A stretch of DNA of 36,429 bases from Rhodoferax sp. (GTDB taxonomy: Bacteria; Pseudomonadota; Gammaproteobacteria; Burkholderiales; Burkholderiaceae_C): NCBI GenBank assembly GCA_016463455.1, contig JAEMRG010000001.1:1-36429 (forward strand), written 5' to 3'. Shown in pieces: positions 1 to 8,310 of this stretch. Positions within the stretch are counted from its first letter, which is position 1. Every line of letters starts with the position of its first letter. The notes beneath the pieces were generated by a model. That model was not told the origin of the DNA and searched no databases. It saw only the letters and a list, made by a program, of their open reading frames with translations. The position numbers were made by a program, and so were the translations under genes.

Positions 1-2406
1 GACATCGTGCGCTTTGCGCGCAGCCGCGGCATCTTGTGCCAGGGGCGCGGTTCGGCGGCCAATTCGGCGGTGTGCTACTGCCTGGGCGTGACCGAGGTGG
101 ACCCTTCGCGCATGAGCGTATTGTTTGAGCGCTTTATCTCGCGCGAGCGCGACGAGCCGCCCGATATTGATGTGGACTTTGAGCACCAGCGCCGCGAAGA
201 AGTTATCCAATACATCTACGCCAAATATGGCCGAGAGCGCGCTGCGATAACCGCCGTGGTCACCCGCTACCGACCACGCAGCGCGCTGCGTGATGTAGGG
301 CGCGCGCTGCAGATTCCCGAAGCCCTGATTAACGCGCTGGCCAAAGAGCATCCCGGCATGTACGGCCGCACCGTGCTGGCCGAGCGCTTACAAAGTGCGA
401 TTGAGCGCGTAACTGCAACTGTGACTTCTTCGTGTGCAACAAGCCAGAGCGGCAGAGGGCTCAGCGTAGGTAAAGGAGGAGCCCGCGCAGCTAAGCGCTC
501 TGCCGATCTGGCGCCCGCCGAGCAAAACGAAGCACAGCGCTCTACCGCCCAAGCCCATGACGAAGCAAGTGACTTCACTATTCCACCGCCTCGTCGCCTG
601 CAGCTTTGGCTTGATCTAGCCACGCAACTACAAGGCTTCCCGCGCCACCTCAGTCAGCACGTGGGCGGCTTTGTGCTGACGCAAGGGCCGCTCACGCGCA
701 TCGTGCCAGTGGAAAACGCCGCCATGCCCGAGCGCAGCATCATCCAGTGGGACAAAGACGACCTAGATACCGTGGGTTTGCTCAAGGTGGATGTGTTGGC
801 CCTGGGCATGCTCAGCGCCATCCACCGCTGCCTGGACTTGATCGGTCAGTGGCGCGGCAAACCGCTGCGCTTGCAAGACATCCCGGCCGAAGACCCGGCT
901 ACTTACGACATGATTTGCCAGGCCGATACCGTGGGCGTGTTCCAGATCGAGAGCCGCGCGCAAATGAGCATGTTGCCGCGCCTCAAGCCGCGTTGCTTTT
1001 ACGACCTGGTGGTGCAAGTGGCCATCGTGCGGCCCGGTCCCATCCAGGGCGGCATGGTGCACCCCTACCTGAAAGCGCGCGCCAATCCGCAAGCCGTGCA
1101 CTACGCTAGCGCGGCTTTGGAGGGGGTACTCAAACGCACCTTAGGCGTGCCGATTTTTCAGGAACAGGTGATGCAAATCGCCATGGCAGCGGCCAACTTC
1201 AGCGGTGGTGAGGCTGACAGCCTGCGCCGCTCCATGGCCGCCTGGAAACGCCAAGGTGGGGTACAGCATTTTTACGAGCGCCTGGTCGGCGCCATGGTCG
1301 CCAATGGCTACACGCAAGACTACGCCGATGCCTTGTTTAAACAAATCGAAGGCTTTGGCGAATACGGCTTTCCCGAAAGCCACGCCGCCAGTTTTGCGCT
1401 GCTGGTCTATGTGAGCTGCTGGCTTAAATGCCACGAGCCCGCCTGCTTTCTGGCCGCCATGCTCAACAGCCAACCGCTGGGCTTTTACAGCCCCAGCCAA
1501 TTGGTACAAGACGCCCGCCGCCACGGCTTGGCGGTCTTGCCCGTAGACGTGAGCTACAGCGACTGGGATTGCTCTCTCGAACAATTAGGGTCAGAACCTA
1601 ATTTCACTGCGCCTCATGTAGCGGAGCCGCGTCCGCTGGCTTGGTCGCTGAAAGGAAATGAGAAATTAGGTTCTGACCCCAATTTACAACCAGTCATCCG
1701 GCTGGGTTTGCGCATGGTGGCGGGCTTGCATGCGCGCGTGGCTTTGCGTATCGGTGCGGCACGCAGGCAGGGGGCTTTTGCCAGTACCGAGGACTTGGCT
1801 TTGCGCTGTGTGCTGGACGCGGGTGACCTCAAAGCCTTGGCCAGCGCCGACGCTTTGTTATCGCTCAGCGGCCACCGCCGCCAACAGGTATGGGATGCGT
1901 CGGCGCTGCACCGTGCGCCCGCGCTCTTGCAAGGCGCGCCGGTGTATGAAAAGCCGCTGGTCTTAGCCGCAGCGCATGAAGCGCAAGAAGTGCTGTTTGA
2001 CTATGCGGCTACCGGCCTGACACTACGCAGCCATCCGCTCTCGTTTTTACGCGCACGCCTGGCAGCTAAAAACCTGCTCAGTGCCGCGCAGTTGCGCGAC
2101 TTGCCGCATGGCCGTTTGGTGCGCGCTTGCGGCATCGTCACCATGCGCCAGCAACCACAAACTGCCAAAGGCGTAGTTTTTGTGACTTTGGAAGACGAGA
2201 CCGGCTGCATCAACGTCATCGTCTGGAAAAGCCTGAAAGAAAAGCAGCGCACTGAGCTATTGCGGGCACGTCTGTTGGCCGTCTATGGCGTCTGGCAGCG
2301 CGACGAAGACAGCGGCGGCCAGGTGCGCCACTTGATCGCCAAGCGCCTAGTGGACTTGACAGATTGGCTGGGTGATTTATCCGCAGGCAGCCGAGATTTC
2401 CGCTGA
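1..2406 (+). CDS. dnaE2: Error-prone DNA polymerase III alpha-like subunit (DnaE2/ImuC), 5'-truncated by the window edge
   Basis: Frame is open from base 1 (DIVRFARS...). Motifs GRGSAANS, catalytic PPDIDVDFE, GFPRHLSQHVGG, FGEYGFPESHA, OB-fold FVTLEDETG, and the DnaE2-type C-terminal SRDFR. Confidence 0.96.
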   Translation, partial: DIVRFARSRGILCQGRGSAANSAVCYCLGVTEVDPSRMSVLFERFISRERDEPPDIDVDFEHQRREEVIQYIYAKYGRERAAITAVVTRYRPRSALRDVGRALQIPEALINALAKEHPGMYGRTVLAERLQSAIERVTATVTSSCATSQSGRGLSVGKGGARAAKRSADLAPAEQNEAQRSTAQAHDEASDFTIPPPRRLQLWLDLATQLQGFPRHLSQHVGGFVLTQGPLTRIVPVENAAMPERSIIQWDKDDLDTVGLLKVDVLALGMLSAIHRCLDLIGQWRGKPLRLQDIPAEDPATYDMICQADTVGVFQIESRAQMSMLPRLKPRCFYDLVVQVAIVRPGPIQGGMVHPYLKARANPQAVHYASAALEGVLKRTLGVPIFQEQVMQIAMAAANFSGGEADSLRRSMAAWKRQGGVQHFYERLVGAMVANGYTQDYADALFKQIEGFGEYGFPESHAASFALLVYVSCWLKCHEPACFLAAMLNSQPLGFYSPSQLVQDARRHGLAVLPVDVSYSDWDCSLEQLGSEPNFTAPHVAEPRPLAWSLKGNEKLGSDPNLQPVIRLGLRMVAGLHARVALRIGAARRQGAFASTEDLALRCVLDAGDLKALASADALLSLSGHRRQQVWDASALHRAPALLQGAPVYEKPLVLAAAHEAQEVLFDYAATGLTLRSHPLSFLRARLAAKNLLSAAQLRDLPHGRLVRACGIVTMRQQPQTAKGVVFVTLEDETGCINVIVWKSLKEKQRTELLRARLLAVYGVWQRDEDSGGQVRHLIAKRLVDLTDWLGDLSAGSRDFR
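443..512. repeat. Imperfect inverted repeat (23-bp arms, 24-nt spacer) inside an insertion in dnaE2
   Basis: GCCAGAGCGGCAGAGGGCTCAGC (443-465) pairs with GCTAAGCGCTCTGCCGATCTGGC (490-512) at 20/23 positions. A further partial arm copy, GCACAGCGCTCTACCGC, lies at 532-548. Confidence 0.7.
1583..1684. repeat. REP-like doublet (REPIN-like element) inserted in frame in dnaE2
   Basis: AATTAGGGTCAGAACCTAATTTC (1583-1605) and GAAATTAGGTTCTGACCCCAATT (1662-1684) are inverted copies matching 22/23. Each arm is itself a hairpin (left arm AATTAGG...CCTAATT). Total 102 bp = 34 codons. Confidence 0.85.
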
Positions 2407-2443
2407 TAGTCTTAGCGCCGCACACCCGCTACAAGGCCTTACT

Positions 2444-2466
2444 TAGAATCCTTTGAAACAAGGAGA
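2444..2466 (+). promoter_or_regulatory. Putative sigma70 -10 box (TAGAAT) and RBS (AGGAGA) of the serine hydrolase gene
   Basis: TAGAAT at 2444-2449; AGGAGA at 2461-2466, 4 nt before ATG 2471. No clear -35. Confidence 0.4.
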
Positions 2467-2470
2467 CAGC

Positions 2471-3634
2471 ATGAAAAAGTTCTTTTACGCGCTGGCACTG
2501 CTACTGGCCTTGCCGGTGGCAGCGATTCAGTTCAGCGGCCATGGCTATTTTTGGAAAGCCCTGGCCAGCACCTATTTGCAGGGCTACAGCACGGCGCATA
2601 TAGACGATGCCCACAACTTTGCCCAGCGCACGATCGCGGCGGGCACCGCCCAGCCATGGCCCAAGGACGCGCGCTACAACCAAAAAACTTTGGACCCGGC
2701 CATGGCGTCCTATTTGCAGCAGTACGGCACGGCAGCGTTTGTGGTGGCACAAAAAGGCGCTCTGGTGCATGAGCAGTATTTCGGCGCCTATTCCGCCCAA
2801 AGCCGCACCAACTCGTTTTCCATGGCTAAAACTATCACCACCTTGCAGGTACAACAAGCCGTGCAAGAGGGCCTTATCAGTAGTTTTGATGCACCCCTGA
2901 CCGAGCGCCTGCCCGAATACGCGCAGAACCCGCGCGGCCAAAAGGCTACCGTGTCGCAACTCTCCAGCATGAAGTCCGGCCATGACTGGACCGAGAACTA
3001 CTACCTACCCCTCAATATCACTACCGATTTGTACTACGGTAAAGACGCTGAAAAACTGGTGCTCGGACAAGGCTTTGAGCGTGAGCCTGGCGCCGAGTAC
3101 GAATACAGCAGCGGCAGCACCCAGCTATTGGGCGTTTTCCTCAAGCGCGCTTTGCAAGCCAAGGCGCCGGACCTGACCATCAGCGGGCATTTATCGCGCA
3201 GTCTGTGGGCGCCGCTGGGTATGGAAAACGATGCGATTTACACCCTGGACCGGCAAGGCAGTGAAGGCGGCATGGAGCGTACCTACTGCTGCATTTTTGC
3301 CACGGCGCGCGACTTTGCCAAGTTCGGCCAACTGCTGTTGCAAGACGGGCAGTGGAACGGCCAAGCCCTGCTGGACAAGGCATTTGTGGAGCGCATCCGC
3401 AAGCCCGATTTGCAGCACTACTACGGGCATTCGCTGTGGATGGATTGGACGTATAAAACCCCGTTTTATTTTTTACAAGGTCACCAAGGCCAGTACGTCA
3501 TCGTGGTGCCTTCGCTAGACCTGGTGGTCGTACGCACTGGACAGACGCGTGACAAAAAAACCAAAGGGCCCAATGGCATCACGCCGGCCGAGGTGTATCG
3601 ATTTGTCGATCAAGCGGTGGCGATGGTGCAATGA
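2471..3634 (+). CDS. Secreted/anchored serine hydrolase, beta-lactamase (class C/PBP-like) family
   Basis: SxxK (SFSMAKT), YxS-type motif (YEYSSGSTQLL), ARDFAKFGQL, GHQGQ, LDLVVVR. N-terminal hydrophobic signal. ATG 2471 chosen for its RBS. Confidence 0.88.
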   Translation: MKKFFYALALLLALPVAAIQFSGHGYFWKALASTYLQGYSTAHIDDAHNFAQRTIAAGTAQPWPKDARYNQKTLDPAMASYLQQYGTAAFVVAQKGALVHEQYFGAYSAQSRTNSFSMAKTITTLQVQQAVQEGLISSFDAPLTERLPEYAQNPRGQKATVSQLSSMKSGHDWTENYYLPLNITTDLYYGKDAEKLVLGQGFEREPGAEYEYSSGSTQLLGVFLKRALQAKAPDLTISGHLSRSLWAPLGMENDAIYTLDRQGSEGGMERTYCCIFATARDFAKFGQLLLQDGQWNGQALLDKAFVERIRKPDLQHYYGHSLWMDWTYKTPFYFLQGHQGQYVIVVPSLDLVVVRTGQTRDKKTKGPNGITPAEVYRFVDQAVAMVQ

Positions 3635-3679
3635 GGCCATGCCACGCGCAGCAGCTAAGCGTTGGCGCAGTAGCCCGGA

Positions 3680-5461
3680 TTACAAAGCCGCGCAGGCCTC
3701 CTGCAAAAAGCGCAAATCTTCGCCTTGCAAATGTGGGCTCAGGCGCTCCAGCACGGTGGCATGGTAGTTGTTCAGGTAAGCAGTCTCTTCCGCGCCCAGT
3801 AAATCCTTGCGCACTGCGCGCGTGTCGATGGGGCACAGCGTTAGCGCTTCAAAGCGGTAAAACTTCCCGTGCTCGGTGGCCGTGTGGTCTTCGCACAATA
3901 AGATGTTTTCTATGCGTATGCCGTAGCGGCCGGGCAGGTACACGCCGGGCTCATTGGTGACCACCATGCCGGGCAGGATGGCTTGGTCGATCAGGCCGGG
4001 GCTGATGCTGTGTGGGCCTTCGTGCACATTATTGAAGTAGCCCACGCCATGGCCGGTGCCGCAGGCGTAGTTCACGCCCTCATTCCACAGCGCCTGGCGC
4101 GCCAGCACGTCCAGTTGCAGGCCGCGCGTGCCGTGCAGAAAAATAGCGGCAGACAAGCGCAGCATGCCTTTGAGCACCAAGGTGAAATGCCGCGCCTGGT
4201 CTTCGCTCACCGGACCACAGACCAAGGTGCGGGTGATGTCGGTAGTGCCGTCGTCGTACTGGCCGCCCGAGTCCAGCAGAAAAAATCCCTCGGGCTTGAC
4301 CTGTGTGTCCACGCCATCCTTCAAGCCGTAATGCATCATGGCCGCATTGGGGCCGTAGGCCGGTATCGAGGTGAAGCTCAGGCCGCGAAACAAATCCAGT
4401 TTTGCGCGCTCGCCGTCGATGCGATCAGACACGATGCGCTCTGTCAGTTGGGTGCTACCTACGTTTTCGTAAAACCACCGCAAAAAGCGCACCATGGCCA
4501 CGCCGTCGCGCACAAAGCAATTTTTCCAGTTGCTGATTTCGCTGGTATTTTTCACCGCTTTGAGCAGCACCGAAGGCGCACGTTTTTCCACGACTGTGCA
4601 GCCTTGGGTGCGCAAGGTGGCAAAAGTAAGCATATTGCTTTGCGCCGGGTCCACCAGCACGCTTTGTCCGCGAAGTTGGGCAAGTGCTGCAAAAAAACTA
4701 TCGTAGTCTTGTAGCCCAATACCTTGCTCGGCCAGGCTCGCGCGCAAGCTCGGGCTAAACCGCGCCAAGTGGGCGTACAGCACGGCCCTGTCTTCGGTCA
4801 GCACCAGATAGGCGTGGAAATAGGGCGAGGTGGGCACATCGCTACCGCGCAAGTTGAGCAGGTAGCCGATATCGTCCAGCGCATTGAGCACATGCGCTTG
4901 CGCACCAGCTTTACGCATCTCGGCGCGCACTTTGCTCAGCTTGTTCGAAGCGCTTTCGCCCGCGTATTGCAGCGCATGCGCAAACACCGGCTCCATGGGA
5001 AAACTGGGTCGGTCGGCCCAGACGGCATTGACTAGATCATGCTCAGTGATGAGACTGATATTTTTTGATCGGAGCGTGCCTTCAATATCGGCCATCGCCT
5101 TGACCATCATGGTGGCGCCATAAAAGCCTAGGCGTGCGCCCGGCGCCAGGGTCTCAGCCAGCCACTGGTTCCAGGGCAGTACATCGGGTTTGCCCAGGTA
5201 CACGATTTGTATATCGGTGTCCGCCAATTCCTGCTCGGCCTGCAACCAGTAACGCCCATCGGCCCAAATGTAGGCGCTGTCTTTGAGTACCACCATGGTC
5301 GATACCGAGGCGGTGAAACCCGATAGGTATTCCCGCACTTTCCAGCGCAGTGGCATGTACTCCGAGTTATGCGGATCGGAAGAGGGCAGCACCCAGGCGT
5401 CGAGCTGGTGTTTTTCCATTTCGGCGCGCAGTGCGGTAAGGCGTTGGGTAATAAGCGTCAT
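3680..5461 (-). CDS. Xaa-Pro aminopeptidase (aminopeptidase P, M24B, long ~600-aa form)
   Basis: SDPHNSEY, DGRY, NLRGSD, DSGGQYDDGTTDITRT, GTGHGVG, VHEGP, TNEPGVY, GIRIEN. ATG at 5461 preferred over TTG 5476. Confidence 0.93.
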   Translation of the reverse strand: MTLITQRLTALRAEMEKHQLDAWVLPSSDPHNSEYMPLRWKVREYLSGFTASVSTMVVLKDSAYIWADGRYWLQAEQELADTDIQIVYLGKPDVLPWNQWLAETLAPGARLGFYGATMMVKAMADIEGTLRSKNISLITEHDLVNAVWADRPSFPMEPVFAHALQYAGESASNKLSKVRAEMRKAGAQAHVLNALDDIGYLLNLRGSDVPTSPYFHAYLVLTEDRAVLYAHLARFSPSLRASLAEQGIGLQDYDSFFAALAQLRGQSVLVDPAQSNMLTFATLRTQGCTVVEKRAPSVLLKAVKNTSEISNWKNCFVRDGVAMVRFLRWFYENVGSTQLTERIVSDRIDGERAKLDLFRGLSFTSIPAYGPNAAMMHYGLKDGVDTQVKPEGFFLLDSGGQYDDGTTDITRTLVCGPVSEDQARHFTLVLKGMLRLSAAIFLHGTRGLQLDVLARQALWNEGVNYACGTGHGVGYFNNVHEGPHSISPGLIDQAILPGMVVTNEPGVYLPGRYGIRIENILLCEDHTATEHGKFYRFEALTLCPIDTRAVRKDLLGAEETAYLNNYHATVLERLSPHLQGEDLRFLQEACAAL

Positions 5462-5533
5462 GGTGGCAAGCTGCAAAAAAAAGAGCGACTAGGTTGTAGG
5501 GCGGGAGCGCAATGTGAGGGCAGGCGAATGGGC

Positions 5534-6535
5534 TTAAAAAACCGCGTGGTCGCCACGCTCCAGGGACGCGCCCTCACGCACCAGTGTCGCATAGCAGTCC
5601 CAGAGCGTTTGTGTTCCGGTGGAAGGTGTGGCATCGGCGTCGTAGCAGCTAGTCTGCGCGTCCCAGACCAGCATGGACTCAGTGGCGTAATAGCGGCCGA
5701 TACGCGCGAATTCGGCTTTATCGGCCAGGGACGGGATGATGCGACCCAGCAGCGACAGCACGCCGATGATGGCATCCATCATGCCCACCGGCACATGGGT
5801 GTAGCGCGGCGGCTTGCCCGTTAACTCGAACAACTTTTCCCCTTGTTGCAGCGGCGTGATGGCCGGGCCCGGTCCGCCAATGGGCAAGATGCGGTTATGG
5901 CATTCAATATCGTGCAAGCAGCGAGCCAGGTAGTCGCCCAGATCGTCGTCGCTAATCGGCTTGCACGCAGTCAGCTGGCCGTCGCCAAAAAGTAAAAACG
6001 GTTTACCTTTGCGTACCCGCTCAATCTGCCCGCATAGCGATTTGAAAAACGCGGTTGGCCGCACGATGGAATAGCGCATGCCCGATTGCACCAAGGCCTC
6101 TTCAAAGGCCAGCTTGGCGCGTTGAAATACCAGTAGCGGCTTTTGCACACAAATTGCAGATAGCAGTACAAAGTGCTGCACACCCGCCGCCTGTGCGGCT
6201 TGCAGCGCATGCAGATGGGCCTGGTGGTCAATGGCCCAGGCGTCTTGAGGCTTGCCGGTGCGTGAGGCCAGGCAGGACACCAGCGCATCAAATTGCTCGC
6301 CAGCAAAGCCGTCGCGGCGCAGGGACTGCGGCTTTGTGGCATCGCCGGTGCGCAGCAGCGCGCCGGGCAATCGTGTTTGCCAGTCCTGCACTTGCCGCTT
6401 GCCGCCTACCCCGGCGTGGGGGCGTATCAGGCAGACCACTTCGTGGCCCTGGCGCAGTAAGGCGCGCACCGTGGCTTGGCCGATGGTGCCGGTGGCTCCG
6501 AGCACCAATACACGTTGAGGCTTGAGGGCGGTCAA
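5534..6535 (-). CDS. bciA: NADPH-dependent 3,8-divinyl (proto)chlorophyllide a 8-vinyl reductase
   Basis: Rossmann GATGTIG plus BciA/DVR-type segments SCLASRTG, LLSAICVQKP, SIVRPTAFFKSL, FGDG..ACKPIS, RIGRYYATESML. Confidence 0.85.
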   Translation of the reverse strand: MTALKPQRVLVLGATGTIGQATVRALLRQGHEVVCLIRPHAGVGGKRQVQDWQTRLPGALLRTGDATKPQSLRRDGFAGEQFDALVSCLASRTGKPQDAWAIDHQAHLHALQAAQAAGVQHFVLLSAICVQKPLLVFQRAKLAFEEALVQSGMRYSIVRPTAFFKSLCGQIERVRKGKPFLLFGDGQLTACKPISDDDLGDYLARCLHDIECHNRILPIGGPGPAITPLQQGEKLFELTGKPPRYTHVPVGMMDAIIGVLSLLGRIIPSLADKAEFARIGRYYATESMLVWDAQTSCYDADATPSTGTQTLWDCYATLVREGASLERGDHAVF

Positions 6536-6583
6536 AGCAAGCGGTCTTTCAAAGCGAGTACTGGGTGAGCCACCTTGCCGCGC

Positions 6584-6859
6584 TCAGTTTGCCCTAGCCA
6601 CCCACACCGTGGCGCCCTGCGGGCCATAGCGTTCGGCATGCGGCACATCGCGCGCCAGACGAAAGCTCTGGCCCGCCGGAATATGGCGTGTGCCGCCATC
6701 GACCGTCAGCCAGAACTCGCCGCGCACCACGCGCGCACTGACGGCAAATACGTGGCTATGGGTATCGAGCTCCAGGCTCGGCGCCCATTCGCGCACCAGA
6801 ATTTCATCAAAGCCTTCATCCATAGCTTGGGCGGTGAATGTTTCAAGCGTAGGTTCCAT
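6584..6859 (-). CDS. Small cupin-fold protein
   Basis: HSH (DTHSHVF), G.SF.L...VPHAERYG cupin pattern. GGAGA RBS upstream of ATG 6859. Confidence 0.8.
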   Translation of the reverse strand: MEPTLETFTAQAMDEGFDEILVREWAPSLELDTHSHVFAVSARVVRGEFWLTVDGGTRHIPAGQSFRLARDVPHAERYGPQGATVWVARAN

Positions 6860-6928
6860 GGGCAATCTCCTTCAAGGGCTTCGCATGCTAAAGGTCTAGG
6901 CGCGCCTTGTCGCGTGCCGTCCGCATTG

Positions 6929-8014
6929 TCAGGGCACCAGGGTCAGAAATAGAAAGCTGGCAAACAAGACCAGGTGGATAGCCCCTTGCATCACGTTGGT
7001 CCGGCCCGAGCCCAGGGTGATGCTGCCTACCAAGAAGGTCAGCGCCAACAGTGTCACGTCCTTGGTCTCCAGGCCCAGCGTCAGGGGCAGGTCCAGCAGC
7101 ACGCAGGCCAATACCACCAAAGGAATCGTCAGACCGATACTCGCAAGGGCCGAGCCTATGGCCAGGTTCATGCTGGTTTGCAGCCGGTCGGCGCGTGCGG
7201 CGCGGATGGCCGCCCAGGTCTCGGGTAGCAACACAATCAGCGCGATAACGATACCCACCGCCGCCGCCGGCGCCTGGTACGCTTTGACTACGGCTTCAAT
7301 GGCCGGCGAGAGCAGTTTGGCAAAGCCGACCACGCATACCAGGGACAGTACTAAAAGAAAAAAACTGATGCGCGTCTGGGCCAGGCCGGGCGGTTGCGCA
7401 TGCACCGATTCATCGTCTGCGCTTTCCACGGGCAAAAAATAGTCGCGATGGCGTACGGTTTGGATAAACACAAACACCAGCCACAAAGCCAGCGAGGACA
7501 GCGCCACAAAAATCAATTGCGAGTCGGTGTAGGTACCTTCGGGTGAGCTGGTGGTGTAAATGGGCATGACCAGCACCATCACTGACAGTGTGGCCAGCGC
7601 GGCAAAGCCCGAGCCGGTGCCTTCAATGCGAAACAACTGCTCTTTGTGGTGCAAACCGCCTAGCAACAGGCAAATGCCGACCACGCCATTGCAAGCAATC
7701 ATGACCGCTGAATAAATCGTGTCGCGCGGCAGCGTGGCGCTAGCCGTGGAGCCGGCCAGCATCATGGACAGCACCAGCGCGGTTTCAATCACCGTAACGG
7801 CCAGCGCCAGCACCAGCGTTCCGAAGGGTTCGCCCAGCCGGTGGGCAATCACCTCGGCATGGTGTACCGAAGCAATCACCGCCAGCAACAGGGCTAGCAC
7901 CAGCCACAGGACTTGCAGGCCAGGCAGCGACACGCCCATCACGCCATACAAAGCCAGTGCACTCGCAATCGGAATGAAGAGTGGCCAGCGATGAAACAGT
8001 TTTTTGTAGTGCAT
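6929..8014 (-). CDS. Ca2+/cation:H+ antiporter (CaCA family, ChaA/Y4hA-like)
   Basis: HHAEVIAHRLGEPFGTLVLALAVTVIE and LLPE...NLAIGSALASIGLTIP alpha-repeat motifs, many TM helices. Start placed at ATG 8014 (MHYKK), GGGGG RBS-like run upstream. Confidence 0.88.
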   Translation of the reverse strand: MHYKKLFHRWPLFIPIASALALYGVMGVSLPGLQVLWLVLALLLAVIASVHHAEVIAHRLGEPFGTLVLALAVTVIETALVLSMMLAGSTASATLPRDTIYSAVMIACNGVVGICLLLGGLHHKEQLFRIEGTGSGFAALATLSVMVLVMPIYTTSSPEGTYTDSQLIFVALSSLALWLVFVFIQTVRHRDYFLPVESADDESVHAQPPGLAQTRISFFLLVLSLVCVVGFAKLLSPAIEAVVKAYQAPAAAVGIVIALIVLLPETWAAIRAARADRLQTSMNLAIGSALASIGLTIPLVVLACVLLDLPLTLGLETKDVTLLALTFLVGSITLGSGRTNVMQGAIHLVLFASFLFLTLVP

Positions 8015-8130
8015 TTGCTTATTGTCCCCCTGAGTGAAACCCACCGATTGCCCTGACTTTGCGTGATGGCTAGGTCTGCGTCGAAACAATAGTAAATGAA
8101 TCTGAGTCCGCCCAAATAGGAGAAGCTGCT

Positions 8131-8181
8131 ATGTCCATACTGTCGATCGCACGTTCCGCCTTTGCTGCAGCCTGGGACTAA
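8131..8181 (+). CDS. Candidate 16-aa small ORF MSILSIARSAFAAAWD
   Basis: AGGAGA at 8118-8123, 7 nt before ATG 8131; TAA ends at 8181. No homology evidence. Confidence 0.25.
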   Translation: MSILSIARSAFAAAWD

Positions 8182-8310
8182 GCAGTTATCCGGCCCGCAA
8201 ATGAGTGACAGGCCACTCAAGCACAATAGCGTGGTTCACGGATACCATGGCGCGAAAAATGCCGTTGGTCCATAGCGCCAACCTAAATTTCGCCCAGTAC
8301 GCGAGCAACT

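Noticed and set aside
421-576. GTGACTTC direct repeat as a target-site duplication of the first dnaE2 insertion
   Set aside because: The copies are 148 bp apart, not a multiple of 3, so a simple insertion with this TSD would have broken the frame.
409-1684. dnaE2 insertions as inteins
   Set aside because: Too short, with no C-terminal His-Asn followed by Cys/Ser/Thr splice junction.
3651-3661. GCAGCTAAGCG shared with the dnaE2 insertion (487-497)
   Set aside because: An 11-mer match is expected by chance in 36 kb and does not extend convincingly.
6908-6925. TGT-N12-GCA as a PpsR site upstream of the cupin/bciA genes
   Set aside because: Mismatch to TGT-N12-ACA and no paired second site.
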